IMG/VR virus record: IMGVR_UViG_3300027747_000649
Coordinates: 1 to 56,672 of that record
DNA from: a virus
Lineage: Duplodnaviria > Caudoviricetes
Direction: 5' to 3' (one strand)
DNA length: 56,672 nt
Shown: in pieces, positions 1 to 9,541 of the stretch
How positions within the stretch are numbered: position 1 is the stretch's first letter
Layout: each line of letters starts with the position of its first letter
Translations under genes and position numbers: made by a program
The notes under the pieces: model-generated
What the model was told of the DNA's origin: nothing
What the model saw: the letters and a program-made list of their open reading frames with translations, nothing else
Databases searched by the model: none

Positions 1-863
1 AAGCTATAACGCTCGCGGGCTTTGTAACGAACGTTACCTGTGTCAAAGTCGCCGTCCATGCTGTTTTGCAGCGGAGTACGGACAAAGTGCTTCAAGCCGT
101 TTGGCACGTCAGTCAACAGGAACCAGCCGTTGGTGTCTGTCAAGAAGTGGTTAACGGTATAGCCTTCAGGGATTGAGCCGTTGTTCTTCAAGGCGTTGAT
201 GTCGTTGTCGGTTGTACCAACGCGCAACTCGGTTTCGAGCAGGCGGGTAGCCACGAACATCAATGATGGAGGAACGATCAACTTCTTAGGCTTAGCAGCG
301 ATCAACAGACCACGTTCATCGGTCCAAGCAGCGATTTGAATAACAGCGTTTTCCAACGATGTTTCGTTCAAGTCAGCGCCAGTCGAAGGACGATTGCTGT
401 TAGTACCACCAGACACCAGAGGGTGAGCTGTAGAGCACAGAACCACGCCGTCGCCGTATGTAGGGCCACCGGTGAAAGCGTTGTTCAACACGTAAGCAGC
501 TTTAACTTGCTTTGTGTAAGCCATACCACGGGCCAAAGCCTTGGTGTAGCGGCTGGACAACGAGTCATACAAGTTGTCTTCCACTGCTTCTTCAGTGATG
601 GAGAAGCCCATTGCGATGGTTTCGTGTGTGTAACGAGCAGTCCATGCTTCCTGTGCGTTGTCATAAGCGATGGCAGAGCCTTCGTTCTTAACAGGTGCAG
701 CAGAGAAACCAGACAGTTTCGTTTCTTCTTCAAAGCTACGCTCAGATGTCTCTGTTTCGTAGATTTCTTTGTGCTCTTCGCCGTATTTAGCGTACTCCAA
801 GCCGAACAAAGCGTTCAGACCGGGGAGCAATTCCTTGAGCAGTTGTGCGCGTGAAATAGCCAT
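1..863 (-). CDS. Major capsid protein (3'-truncated by window edge)
   Basis: Not in ORF track. Manual translation from ATG at 863 (GGAG RBS upstream): MAISRAQLLKELLPGLNALFGLEYAKYGEEHKEIYETETSERSFEEETKLSGF...MDGDFDTGNVRYKARERYS, open to the edge. Resembles Mu gpT-related capsids and lies downstream of portal/scaffold. Confidence 0.9.
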   Translation of the reverse strand, partial: MAISRAQLLKELLPGLNALFGLEYAKYGEEHKEIYETETSERSFEEETKLSGFSAAPVKNEGSAIAYDNAQEAWTARYTHETIAMGFSITEEAVEDNLYDSLSSRYTKALARGMAYTKQVKAAYVLNNAFTGGPTYGDGVVLCSTAHPLVSGGTNSNRPSTGADLNETSLENAVIQIAAWTDERGLLIAAKPKKLIVPPSLMFVATRLLETELRVGTTDNDINALKNNGSIPEGYTVNHFLTDTNGWFLLTDVPNGLKHFVRTPLQNSMDGDFDTGNVRYKARERYS

Positions 864-874
864 GATTTAGCTCC

Positions 875-1489
875 TTAGATACCGGTAGTACTGTTGTACT
901 GAGCGGTGTTGAACTTCACGAGGAACTCGTAGTACGTGGTAGCAGCGACGTTGGCAGCGCCAGTAGCTGTATCAGGAACAACGTCAACCACGCGGACGGG
1001 CAAAGTGTTGGTTGTGGCGGCAGAAGAGCCGTCAATACCGTAGTAAGAGTCACCAGTGTTGGTCGAGCCAACGTTGGCAACCAAAGCTACGTTAGAGCCA
1101 ACAATCGAACGGCTGTAAGCCGTAGGAGCAGTGGAACTAGCAACAGTGGCAACAACTTTGAACACTGCACTTGGGTCATCCACAACATAGGCAAACGACA
1201 TGTTGGTAGATGTAGATTGTGCTGCTGGGTAGTACTGACCCTGAACTGGCTGACCAGAAGAGTTAGTGTACGAGCAACCAACCAATACGCCAACGATGTT
1301 ACCGGAGTCAGTAGTTGAAGCAGCTACGATGTAGCCGTTGGTGTCTACTTTTACGGTATCGCCGTTCAGGATCGCTGTTGCGTAGGCAGGGGCCACGGGG
1401 ATTTGACGGATCGCTCCGGCGTAAGGCAAACCATCTAAACGATTCAATGGTTTAAAGCCGTACGTCTTGTCAATGGTAGGATATGCCAT
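875..1489 (-). CDS. Virion structural protein (putative capsid cement/decoration)
   Basis: 204 aa, T/S/A/V-rich beta-type sequence, immediately upstream of the capsid gene. Confidence 0.65.
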   Translation of the reverse strand: MAYPTIDKTYGFKPLNRLDGLPYAGAIRQIPVAPAYATAILNGDTVKVDTNGYIVAASTTDSGNIVGVLVGCSYTNSSGQPVQGQYYPAAQSTSTNMSFAYVVDDPSAVFKVVATVASSTAPTAYSRSIVGSNVALVANVGSTNTGDSYYGIDGSSAATTNTLPVRVVDVVPDTATGAANVAATTYYEFLVKFNTAQYNSTTGI

Positions 1490-1507
1490 CTGAAGACTCC
1501 AAAAAAA

Positions 1508-1966
1508 TTAAATACCTTTACCGAAAGTGACCTTAGAGCTTCGTTCTTTGAACATCGGCATCCGAGGATCATTCTCGCGCATGAAGGTGTTATCCACTGA
1601 ATTCATCTGCGCCTCTGCCTGTTGGCGGTAATACGCATCACGCTGTTCAGTAAACTCCACCGGGGTTTTGCAAAGCAACAAACCGCCGACTTCCACACTG
1701 TCTTGGAACTGACCGTTGGTCGATCCAAAAAGGCGAATTTCGGGATGGTCAGAAGCCTTAACGGGTTCCCAGCCTTCGCGTAATTTGGCGGAAAGGTTAG
1801 TGGCGTCAGCCTTGTTTAAAGTACTGATCCGTATCCAACGAAAGGCATAACCGGGTTCCGGGTTCGGATCGGGTAGGAGTTGCGGAGGCATCCATTGTTT
1901 TGGACGTTCAGCAATTTCGCGGGTTTCAAGATCACGACTTGGACGTGCAGCTTTTTCCATTTTCAT
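1508..1966 (-). CDS. Conserved head-module protein of unknown function
   Basis: 152 aa, WxPP...GYAFRWIR...EGWEPV motif, ATGA-coupled to the upstream gene. Confidence 0.7.
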   Translation of the reverse strand: MKMEKAARPSRDLETREIAERPKQWMPPQLLPDPNPEPGYAFRWIRISTLNKADATNLSAKLREGWEPVKASDHPEIRLFGSTNGQFQDSVEVGGLLLCKTPVEFTEQRDAYYRQQAEAQMNSVDNTFMRENDPRMPMFKERSSKVTFGKGI

Positions 1967-2922
1967 TTCCTCATTTCTTCAGCAACTTTACGAGCATAGA
2001 GTTCCAATGGAACGCCAAGCCGCTTAGCGATATTCACTTGCGATTGATTCAGCACGATCTTTTTAGGCGCTGTGCTTCTCGTCGCAGGTGCAACATTGTT
2101 GGATTTAGTGCGTTGAGGTTTAGCATCAACGGACTCGTCGGTTCCAAACTGGTCCGAGAATCTTGACCTGATGTCAGCGTCAATACGTCGATAGTATTCT
2201 TCGCTGCCAGCAGGAATTCCTTCGCCAACCAAATCTTCATGGACGCCCAAAGCATAGGCGGTCATGCGCTTGTTGCTTCCAAACCACTGATTGTTGTCTT
2301 TCCATGCAAGCAGTTTGTCGTCAACGGGAGCCTGTCTGATTGGCTGTGACTCGATTTGTACAGGAGTTTCCTGCACTTGTAAAGGGGTGGGACGAAAATT
2401 GTTAACTTTGTCCGCCCTGATTTTGGCGTTTGTAAGAGCTTCTTGCGCTTCCAATAGCTTATCTGAGTCACCAGACTCATAAGCCTCTTTGTACATGCGC
2501 TTTGCGTCATCAATCTCATTACCAACAACCCTTTTGGCCTGTTCAAGCAACGCAGTTTGGTTTTGATTAACAGAACCTTTGAGTTGATTGTTCTCGGCCA
2601 ATATGGCTTGGGCCAGTCGAATTGCTTCTTCCTTCTCACGTTGCGCAGATTCTTTTGCACGGCGCTCTTCGTGATAACCCTTGGTGAAATGCTTGATGCG
2701 CTTTTGGACACTCTCGTCGTATTTGGTTAACTCTTCATCGTTGAATTCCTTTGGTGGCTCCACCATTGGTTTACGATTTCGGTCTTCCGGAGGGGTGTCA
2801 TCCACCACCTCAATCTCTGGCTTCTCGTCATCGTCTGGGGCTACAACCCGGCCGCCTGCGCGTGGGTTTTTTTCCTCAGCCATGTCGGGAAACTCAAATT
2901 CGGTTTTTTCAATTTCAGCCAT
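1963..2922 (-). CDS. Putative capsid scaffolding protein
   Basis: 319 aa, acidic N-terminus, coiled coil, basic C-terminal helix (IAKRLGVPLELYARKV); located between portal and capsid. Confidence 0.65.
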   Translation of the reverse strand: MAEIEKTEFEFPDMAEEKNPRAGGRVVAPDDDEKPEIEVVDDTPPEDRNRKPMVEPPKEFNDEELTKYDESVQKRIKHFTKGYHEERRAKESAQREKEEAIRLAQAILAENNQLKGSVNQNQTALLEQAKRVVGNEIDDAKRMYKEAYESGDSDKLLEAQEALTNAKIRADKVNNFRPTPLQVQETPVQIESQPIRQAPVDDKLLAWKDNNQWFGSNKRMTAYALGVHEDLVGEGIPAGSEEYYRRIDADIRSRFSDQFGTDESVDAKPQRTKSNNVAPATRSTAPKKIVLNQSQVNIAKRLGVPLELYARKVAEEMRK

Positions 2923-2931
2923 GATGACTCC

Positions 2932-3330
2932 TTAAGGACGTTGTATTCCTCTGGGATCCTGTACAACTGCTTGTACAGAATCATCGTTAATAAGACGCCA
3001 TTCAGTGCCGTGAATTTTCATTCGGGTGCCGGTGTTTGGCCGGACCAAAATAAAATCTCCAACTTTGCATGATGGTCCAGATGGAAAACGCGCCTTATCT
3101 TGGAACGCATCGGGGCCAATTTTGGCTACAAACAAAACGGGGGAGAGAAGCTCCTCGTAGTGCATTGTTTCTTTTGCTTTAAGCAAACCACCTTCGTATT
3201 CTTCTTGTGCATCTGGGAGCATGCACAGAAGGTGATAGGTTGCAGGATCGGGTACTTGCTTTGCCTTTTCTTCGGTGGTGGTATTAAGCACACCGGATAA
3301 GTCAATTGCACTTACATCGAATTCAGTCAT
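2932..3330 (-). CDS. groES: GroES-like co-chaperonin
   Basis: P...LLC, GGLL loop, VAKIGPDAF, CKVGDFILV, RLINDDSVQAVV match the Cpn10 pattern. Confidence 0.8.
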   Translation of the reverse strand: MTEFDVSAIDLSGVLNTTTEEKAKQVPDPATYHLLCMLPDAQEEYEGGLLKAKETMHYEELLSPVLFVAKIGPDAFQDKARFPSGPSCKVGDFILVRPNTGTRMKIHGTEWRLINDDSVQAVVQDPRGIQRP

Positions 3331-3523
3331 CGTTAGATTCCTTTAGTTTACGCACGAGGTCGCCGAGTTCACGTTGAGCGGTTCGGAGACCTCGGATGAT
3401 TCCGCTCAACTCTTTGTAGTGATCGTAGGATGTAGCTCCACCATCACACAAAACTTGCACAATGCTTTTGACTTCTTCTTCAAATTTTTTATTGAGGATT
3501 TCAAGAATTTTTTCGTCCATCAT
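3323..3523 (-). CDS. Small head-module hypothetical protein
   Basis: 66 aa helical protein (SYDHYKELSGIIRGL), coupled to portal and GroES. Confidence 0.7.
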   Translation of the reverse strand: MMDEKILEILNKKFEEEVKSIVQVLCDGGATSYDHYKELSGIIRGLRTAQRELGDLVRKLKESNDD

Positions 3524-5991
3524 TAACCCCTTTGAGCCATCTGTTGAGCTTTAAGCTGGGCCTTGGCTTGCGCCGCTTGCTCTGCTTGGTTTAATTTTTG
3601 TTGATGAATTTGCTGAGCCTGCATCAGCTCCATTTGATGGCGTTGATTTTGTTGCTGAATTTCCTGATCGTGACGAGCCGCAATCATTTCAGGAGACTCA
3701 CCATTTTTCATCATCATCTCTTGCTGTTTCATTTGAAGCTCTTGCGCTTGAAGTTGCAATTCGCCTTGAACTTTCTGCGCCTTGATTTGCACTTCTTGTT
3801 GTTTGATTTGCAATTCAGCTTGTTGCATTTGTACAACAGGGTCCTGCATTTGTTGCTGAGCTTGCTGCTGTGCCGCTTGTCCTTTGTTCAACTGGGTCAG
3901 TTGAGTTGAAGCCTTGGCCACAAGTTTGGACAATTGAACTTCTACGTCTTTGGACAGCTCTGCATTTGGCTCTGGCAACGTAGCACCCAACTGCTCTTGA
4001 ACACCGTTGCGATACTGGAATGCAACGTGCTCTGCAACGTGAGCCATGATAGCCGCTTGGATTTGCTGAGCCATTGGGTTCTGGCCGATCTGGCCCATTA
4101 CCTTGGGGTCTTGCATCATCGAAGTGTGAGCTGCAATGTGGGCATCGTGGTCTTGATAGATAAACGCTTTTTGAGGCTTACCAGTTAAGAAGCCCATGTT
4201 CTCGCTGATCGGGTCATGAGGCAACTGGTCGTCTTCAATAGGCACCAGTTTGTCGGCATTCTTAATTCCAAGCACTTCAATCATCTGGCGATGCAATTGA
4301 GGCAAGTCATAAATCTGCGGAGCGCCTTGAGCCAATTGAATGACCGCTTGGTACTGCATGATCCGCTGGGCCATTGTCGAGCTGTTGGGATCGGACACAG
4401 GGATAACATCCACCATGTCGTAATCTTGGCGCTTGGCTTTACGCGAACCTTCAATCGGGTTGTACTCGTACTCGCCCGGGGTGTGGTCACGAATAATATC
4501 CCGCAGCAGTTTGAATTCTTGCTTCATTGAGAAGTGAACTCGCGCCTGAACAGCGGACATGTTCTTTAGCTGGCGCTCAAGCAAAGCCAAGGTAGTACCG
4601 ACCGGAGCGTTTGCACTCATGTCGCTGATGTTCATATCAGCAATCGAACCAAGCCGGCGGCCTTCATCCGTGATTTGGTTGAGCAAGCTCATCAGAACTT
4701 GACTCGGCTCCTTGTATGGGAGCATCATAATGTTGTCGCGTACCGTACCGGAGGGCACATCCACGTCCCTAAATTCACCCGGAGCAATGGGTGTATCGTC
4801 ACCCTTTACACGTAAACCGCGTGCTTTTAGGCCGCCGGGCAGGTTAGAAAGCGTGCCAGCATCCACCAATTGGCGAATAATGCTGGTTCCAGCCCGGGCA
4901 TAACCACCAATCAGGTGAATTAAACCCAATCCGTAAGCGCCAAAGCCGGGAATATACGTGTATTGGACGAAATGCTCGCGCTTTACCTTGCGTTCGTCGC
5001 TCTCTTCCCAGTTTCTACGGATGGCCAGCACTTCATTTGTGCCGCGATCAATCGTAATCACATAAGGAAGCGCGATTCCGTCTTCGTCTTCGTAGCCGGG
5101 CAGGTCATAGTCGATGTGAACTTCCAAAATCTGGTAGCGATCATCGTCCGTGAGTGAATATCCTTGGTCTTCGGCCTTCTTTTTTTCCACATCCGTGTGA
5201 ATAGTGACCGGCTCACCCAGTTCTACATCGCAATAGAAGCCAGAGACCTGTAATTTTTTGATTTCGTTCTTTGTTTTGCGCATAACGTGGGTAACACGCT
5301 CGGCATTGAACAAACTTGAAGCTCCGTAGGGAATGATTACGTCTTCGGCCGGGATAAACGTGGCCATTTGACGGTCATAACCCGGGTCAAAATAGATTTT
5401 CTTAAACGCAGCGCCAGCTAAACCTAATGAATACAGCAATCTTTCATGTTCTGGGCGGTATTCAGGCATGCCCTCTGTCAATTTGTAGTTCATGTCATCA
5501 CGAACTCGCTCGGCCGCATCTTCTTTGAGCTTGTCAATGGCTCCGATAATCTCAGTTTTAACTGGGCCCGCCGCAGGGAATGTCTCCAGAATGGTTTCAC
5601 TTTGGAAACGTATCGCAGCTTCAGTCAAAATCGTTGAGTACACACCGCAAGCGCCCATCCAAGGCTCAGTGCGCTCCTCATACTTCATGCCAAGGACTTC
5701 CAAGCCCTTGACGTACATCTCAACCCAGTCTTTACGGCTGTTAATGTCGGCGTCCACCATCTCGACAATGTCGCTGGCCACTTTTTGCAGATCGCCGCCG
5801 GACATTTCTTCTGCCAAGTTGGCATCAAAATCCATCTCGTCGGTTTCTGGCATTAAATCAATCTCCACCCCGTCTATGCCGATCTGCACACCATCGGGAT
5901 TTTCAATTTGAATCTCAATATCCGGGCCCTCGTCTTGTAAAAGACTGTCCAAACCCAAAGGTGCTTGGCTGATTGATTGTTCAATGCTCAT
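3523..5991 (-). CDS. Portal protein with Q-rich C-terminal extension
   Basis: 822 aa directly after TerL; helical portal-like motifs and a long Gln-rich coiled-coil tail as in P22-like portals. Confidence 0.85.
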   Translation of the reverse strand: MSIEQSISQAPLGLDSLLQDEGPDIEIQIENPDGVQIGIDGVEIDLMPETDEMDFDANLAEEMSGGDLQKVASDIVEMVDADINSRKDWVEMYVKGLEVLGMKYEERTEPWMGACGVYSTILTEAAIRFQSETILETFPAAGPVKTEIIGAIDKLKEDAAERVRDDMNYKLTEGMPEYRPEHERLLYSLGLAGAAFKKIYFDPGYDRQMATFIPAEDVIIPYGASSLFNAERVTHVMRKTKNEIKKLQVSGFYCDVELGEPVTIHTDVEKKKAEDQGYSLTDDDRYQILEVHIDYDLPGYEDEDGIALPYVITIDRGTNEVLAIRRNWEESDERKVKREHFVQYTYIPGFGAYGLGLIHLIGGYARAGTSIIRQLVDAGTLSNLPGGLKARGLRVKGDDTPIAPGEFRDVDVPSGTVRDNIMMLPYKEPSQVLMSLLNQITDEGRRLGSIADMNISDMSANAPVGTTLALLERQLKNMSAVQARVHFSMKQEFKLLRDIIRDHTPGEYEYNPIEGSRKAKRQDYDMVDVIPVSDPNSSTMAQRIMQYQAVIQLAQGAPQIYDLPQLHRQMIEVLGIKNADKLVPIEDDQLPHDPISENMGFLTGKPQKAFIYQDHDAHIAAHTSMMQDPKVMGQIGQNPMAQQIQAAIMAHVAEHVAFQYRNGVQEQLGATLPEPNAELSKDVEVQLSKLVAKASTQLTQLNKGQAAQQQAQQQMQDPVVQMQQAELQIKQQEVQIKAQKVQGELQLQAQELQMKQQEMMMKNGESPEMIAARHDQEIQQQNQRHQMELMQAQQIHQQKLNQAEQAAQAKAQLKAQQMAQRG

Positions 5992-5999
5992 GATGTGCC

Positions 6000-7514
6000 T
6001 TAATAGTAGACGGTTTTACGGCGGAAGCTTTGCAGCTCTTCGCGTTCATCGGATTCTAATCTCAGGAAGCCGCCTTGTCTAAACCTGAGTAACGCTTGTA
6101 CGGTGGTATCTACCAAATCGTCGTGGGCCGCATTCGGGAAAGCAGCCATCTGGTCGATCACTTCTCTGGCCCATCTTGTATCCGGTGCCCATACTTTCCC
6201 AGAGTTAAACATGTCCGACACGGAATTTAAACGCGCGATCTTATCGTTTGACTGCTGTCTTGTTCCTCGGGTCGGGGTGTATTCACTCACAGGAATTCCG
6301 GCTGCACGCATTTCAAATACCAACGGAGCTCCAGCCGCTTTGGCTTCAATAATACAGGCGTCTGGCTGCCAGTCCATATAGTGGGCTTTGGCTTTTTCTT
6401 TGAGCTCGGGGAACTCCATTCGCTTTTGGAAAGAATCCAGCAGGATAATATTTGCATTGTTTGAATCCTCATCCATGTGGAAAACACCCCACGTCGTACA
6501 AGCGGAAAAGTCGGAGCGTTCATTTTTTGTAAACGCTGTATCCCACGACTGGATAATAAATTCACACCTCGGCGGCTCTTCCTTCTCCCAAATCCTCCAC
6601 CACTCCCGCTTAACAATCGCTCCCTCTTCGCCAGTGGGCTGCTGCTGGTACTGAGCATTCCATTTAGCTGGAGATAGTTCTTCTTTCAAAGCTTCCAATA
6701 AATCCAATGGCCAGAACTCAGGCCACAAAGAAGCACCGCTCGGCATGATCGCAGGGAACTCAATGACATCCCACTCGTCAGGTCTCCCCCGCTCGATCGA
6801 GTCATTAATCACCCGGCCAATCAAATCCCGCTCGGACCATCTCGTCGCAATAATAATAATTGCCCCGTTAGGCTGAAGTCGCTGGCGGGGACCGGACGTG
6901 TACCACTCATACGACTTATCGTAAATACTGGGATCGTGCGCAGCGTTAGCCGCTTCTTGCTCCGTATGCGGATCGTCAATGATGACCAGATCAGCACCCC
7001 GGCCAGTCATAGTACCTCCCACACCGATCGCAAAGTACTCTCCGTCTTTGTTCGTACTCCATCGGCCGGCAGCCTTACTATCCTGTCTCAAAGTCACCCC
7101 GGGGAATACTTCCTCATACTGGTCACTCATTACCAAGTTACGCACCTTACGTCCAAACCCGACAGCAAGTTCTCCCGTGTTCGACGCTTGCATAACCTTC
7201 TTGCCCGGGTACTTCCCCAAAAACCAACTCGGAAACAAGTACGAGCCAAACTCACTCTTTGTATGCCGAGGGGGTAAAGAAATAGCCAGTCTTTTAATCT
7301 TCCCCGACGCAACATCCTCAAACTTCTTAGCCAGTACCGCATGATGTCGGCCATGAATAAACCCCGGCCACATCCGTTTAACGTAAGCCATGAAAGACGA
7401 CTGACAGTTCTCCCGCTCCACAGAGAGCTTGTACTCATTCATCTTCCGGCGAAGCGTCTCAAACTTCTCCTGAGGCAAAGACGCTATCTGCTCATCCGTT
7501 AAATCAAACATCAT
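6000..7514 (-). CDS. terL: Terminase large subunit
   Basis: Walker A variant LPPRHTKS, Walker B LVIIDDP, C-terminal RNase H-like nuclease (QSWDTAF...FPNAAHDDLVD). Confidence 0.95.
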   Translation of the reverse strand: MMFDLTDEQIASLPQEKFETLRRKMNEYKLSVERENCQSSFMAYVKRMWPGFIHGRHHAVLAKKFEDVASGKIKRLAISLPPRHTKSEFGSYLFPSWFLGKYPGKKVMQASNTGELAVGFGRKVRNLVMSDQYEEVFPGVTLRQDSKAAGRWSTNKDGEYFAIGVGGTMTGRGADLVIIDDPHTEQEAANAAHDPSIYDKSYEWYTSGPRQRLQPNGAIIIIATRWSERDLIGRVINDSIERGRPDEWDVIEFPAIMPSGASLWPEFWPLDLLEALKEELSPAKWNAQYQQQPTGEEGAIVKREWWRIWEKEEPPRCEFIIQSWDTAFTKNERSDFSACTTWGVFHMDEDSNNANIILLDSFQKRMEFPELKEKAKAHYMDWQPDACIIEAKAAGAPLVFEMRAAGIPVSEYTPTRGTRQQSNDKIARLNSVSDMFNSGKVWAPDTRWAREVIDQMAAFPNAAHDDLVDTTVQALLRFRQGGFLRLESDEREELQSFRRKTVYY

Positions 7515-7889
7515 TTACTCAAGGTTCCGAAAATTAATGTACACAGGCCGGATCGTCCTACCCAGCCCGTCAATCTTCTTAATCACGCCAAGCAATACCA
7601 GCCGATCTACAATCTTCTTCGTGTTCCCAATACCCATCTTACCCCTCACATACGCTATATCCCTCAGCGTAGGACTGTACCCATACTTCTTCCACCACTC
7701 ATCAATCACCAAAAACACTTCTTTTTGCGCCGGGCTCATATCCATCTCCATGCACTTTATCTCTGTTAGGTCAGCACGTTTCTGCCTCATGACCCTGTGG
7801 ATAACTTTGGAACGAGCCCTTATTTGTTTAAGGGGCGGTCTGGCAAAGGTATCCAATTCGTTATGTTGCAGTACTACTCCGGTATCCAT
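7515..7889 (-). CDS. LexA-type winged-helix DNA-binding protein (no peptidase domain); start uncertain
   Basis: MSPAQKEVFLVIDEWWKKYGYSPTLRDIA...LVLLGVIKKIDGLGRTIR matches the LexA N-terminal domain pattern. Confidence 0.8.
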   Translation of the reverse strand: MDTGVVLQHNELDTFARPPLKQIRARSKVIHRVMRQKRADLTEIKCMEMDMSPAQKEVFLVIDEWWKKYGYSPTLRDIAYVRGKMGIGNTKKIVDRLVLLGVIKKIDGLGRTIRPVYINFRNLE

Positions 7890-7934
7890 ATTTTGTCGTC
7901 AAAAATGTTGCTTAAAAAAGTAGCACCCCTACCC

Positions 7935-8678
7935 CTATTTTACCAAAAACGATGACGGGGGGTCTTCCTCAGATTGAGGGGTGGGGTCTGTTGGATTGGA
8001 AAAATTAGGGGCTGGTTCGAGTGGGATAGTATGTAAATATTGTAGGGACTCCTCCTGCGTGGCTGTGGGGGTCGGGGGCGGGTGGGTCTCGGCGGCGGCG
8101 GATTTCAGTTCGTCCAGCAGGTCGGCAGCCTGAGCGTCGATGACCTGAGCATCTATCGCGTGAGCGTTGGCCAGTGATCTAAGTTCGGCCATGATCTCCG
8201 CGCGCGCGTCAGTGCTGGACGTGATAACTGTCGTTTCCTTGCGCTCAGTGAATGCAGCCACCTCAGTCACGCCGCCCAAAACCTTTACCGCCTGCAGCCG
8301 GATCGCGTCCTTTGTGTCGGGATTGGTGGCCAGTTCCACCAGCGTGTTAATGACCAGCATGCGCAGGGCCGCAGGGTTTTTTATGTGTTCAGCCTCTTGC
8401 GCCCGCTTTATCGCTTCTATCTCCAGACTGATTCCCGAATGTTGCTTCATGAGGCTTGCTGCATTGCCCGCGGTTTTGGGTTTGGCCTTGTCACTGTAGA
8501 CCTTGCGATAGGCACCGGCACCAGTTGCGCCCATTGCTACTTCACGCGCGAATGCCTTTTGTTTGCTTGTCAACTCTCGATTGTTTCCAGTCAGCAAGGC
8601 CGAAACGGGTACAGAGTCGAGACCTTCAGTGATCTGCTTGCGCGTGAGCCGCTTAGGTGATTGTGTTGTGCTTGTCAT
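7935..8678 (-). CDS. Putative terminase small subunit
   Basis: ELTSKQKAFAREVAMGATGAGAYRKVYS is a TerS-like HTH; lies upstream of TerL. Start re-placed at ATG 8678. Confidence 0.6.
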   Translation of the reverse strand: MTSTTQSPKRLTRKQITEGLDSVPVSALLTGNNRELTSKQKAFAREVAMGATGAGAYRKVYSDKAKPKTAGNAASLMKQHSGISLEIEAIKRAQEAEHIKNPAALRMLVINTLVELATNPDTKDAIRLQAVKVLGGVTEVAAFTERKETTVITSSTDARAEIMAELRSLANAHAIDAQVIDAQAADLLDELKSAAAETHPPPTPTATQEESLQYLHTIPLEPAPNFSNPTDPTPQSEEDPPSSFLVK

Positions 8679-8684
8679 GGTGCG

Positions 8685-8713
8685 ATTGTAGAGGAACAGC
8701 CAGAGAGCTGCAA
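8685..8713 (-). promoter_or_regulatory. Sigma70-like promoter for the late/packaging arm
   Basis: TTGCAG-17 nt-TACAAT on the minus strand, 6 nt before ATG 8678. Confidence 0.55.
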
Positions 8714-8887
8714 CGCTTCGCTGATTCCCCGCGCTTAACACCCTGCAGCCGACGATCGACAGACCCGCCGAAACGACCGGAGAGGGTCCAGCATTACAGT
8801 TTCAGCCACTACAGCAACACCAGAGCCGCACCGCTTCGCTGATAGCCTGCGCCTATCGAATCCCGATTCTTGATAAAAACAATTGTC

Positions 8888-8915
8888 TTGCATACCCCAA
8901 AAAACACCCGATAAT
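8888..8915 (+). promoter_or_regulatory. Possible sigma70 promoter for the early small-gene cluster
   Basis: TTGCAT-16 nt-GATAAT upstream of the first + strand RBS (AGGAG at 8951). Confidence 0.4.
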
Positions 8916-8963
8916 AACTATCAGGCAGGTTGAATGGCAACCTACCACATAGGAGAAAAGACA

Positions 8964-9131
8964 ATGAAATATGTTTATTTGGTTATCGGGGCCGGCGGCT
9001 TTATTTTTGGCGTTTACGCCTCACAAGCCGACGCACAAAAAGTATTTAACGCACTGGCCGCAGATAACGACGGTTTACGGTTATCGACTGAACCAGTCAT
9101 TACCAAGCCCGCCCATTTTCCCCAAAAATAA
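8964..9131 (+). CDS. Small early hypothetical protein
   Basis: MKYVYLVIGAGGFIFGVYASQADAQK; AGGAG RBS supports the 8964 start. Confidence 0.65.
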   Translation: MKYVYLVIGAGGFIFGVYASQADAQKVFNALAADNDGLRLSTEPVITKPAHFPQK

Positions 9132-9149
9132 ACCAAAGGACCCGACACC

Positions 9150-9317
9150 GTGAACGCCTACACAAACAACGGATACACCGACCGCGCTGATTATCTCGCC
9201 AGCCTATGCGACGAATACGACCCCCTAATGGTCCGAACGCTGGCCGCCCTACTGGGACCAGAAGAAGACTTCGACGGGCTTGTCAGCAGTTTGGAAGACT
9301 TCGCAGAAGGATATTAA
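9150..9317 (+). CDS. Small acidic hypothetical protein (55 aa, not in ORF track)
   Basis: GTG start after AAGGA: MNAYTNNGYTDRADYLASLCDEYDPLMVRTLAALLGPEEDFDGLVSSLEDFAEGY. Confidence 0.7.
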   Translation: MNAYTNNGYTDRADYLASLCDEYDPLMVRTLAALLGPEEDFDGLVSSLEDFAEGY

Positions 9318-9362
9318 ACAAACCCGCCCGCCTAACCAGCGGGCACCACAGGAGAAAAGACC

Positions 9363-9524
9363 ATGACACACAAAACCGCCGACACAATGCGCAGCACACT
9401 GGCCGCCATTTTTATCGCCCTGATACTGGGCACCGCATGGGCAAACCGCCCATATGAATGCGGGACCGATACCGATTGCGAAGCAGAAGAAGCAGCACGA
9501 TGCTGGATTCTCTGCGAAGCATAA
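9363..9524 (+). CDS. Small secreted/membrane Cys-rich peptide (53 aa, not in ORF track)
   Basis: AGGAG RBS; MTHKTADTMRSTLAAIFIALILGTAWA-NRPYECGTDTDCEAEEAARCWILCEA. Confidence 0.6.
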   Translation: MTHKTADTMRSTLAAIFIALILGTAWANRPYECGTDTDCEAEEAARCWILCEA

Positions 9525-9541
9525 CCACAGGAGACAAGACC

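Noticed and set aside
336-854. 172-aa + strand ORF and many other antisense ORFs in the track
   Set aside because: Shadow frames of well-supported genes on the opposite strand; no RBS or protein-like features.
6000-7514. Intein or intron in terminase or helicase
   Set aside because: Both ORFs have normal length and uninterrupted motifs.
7796-7804. Perfect DnaA box TGTGGATAA
   Set aside because: A single 9-mer inside a CDS; about 0.4 expected by chance in 57 kb on both strands.
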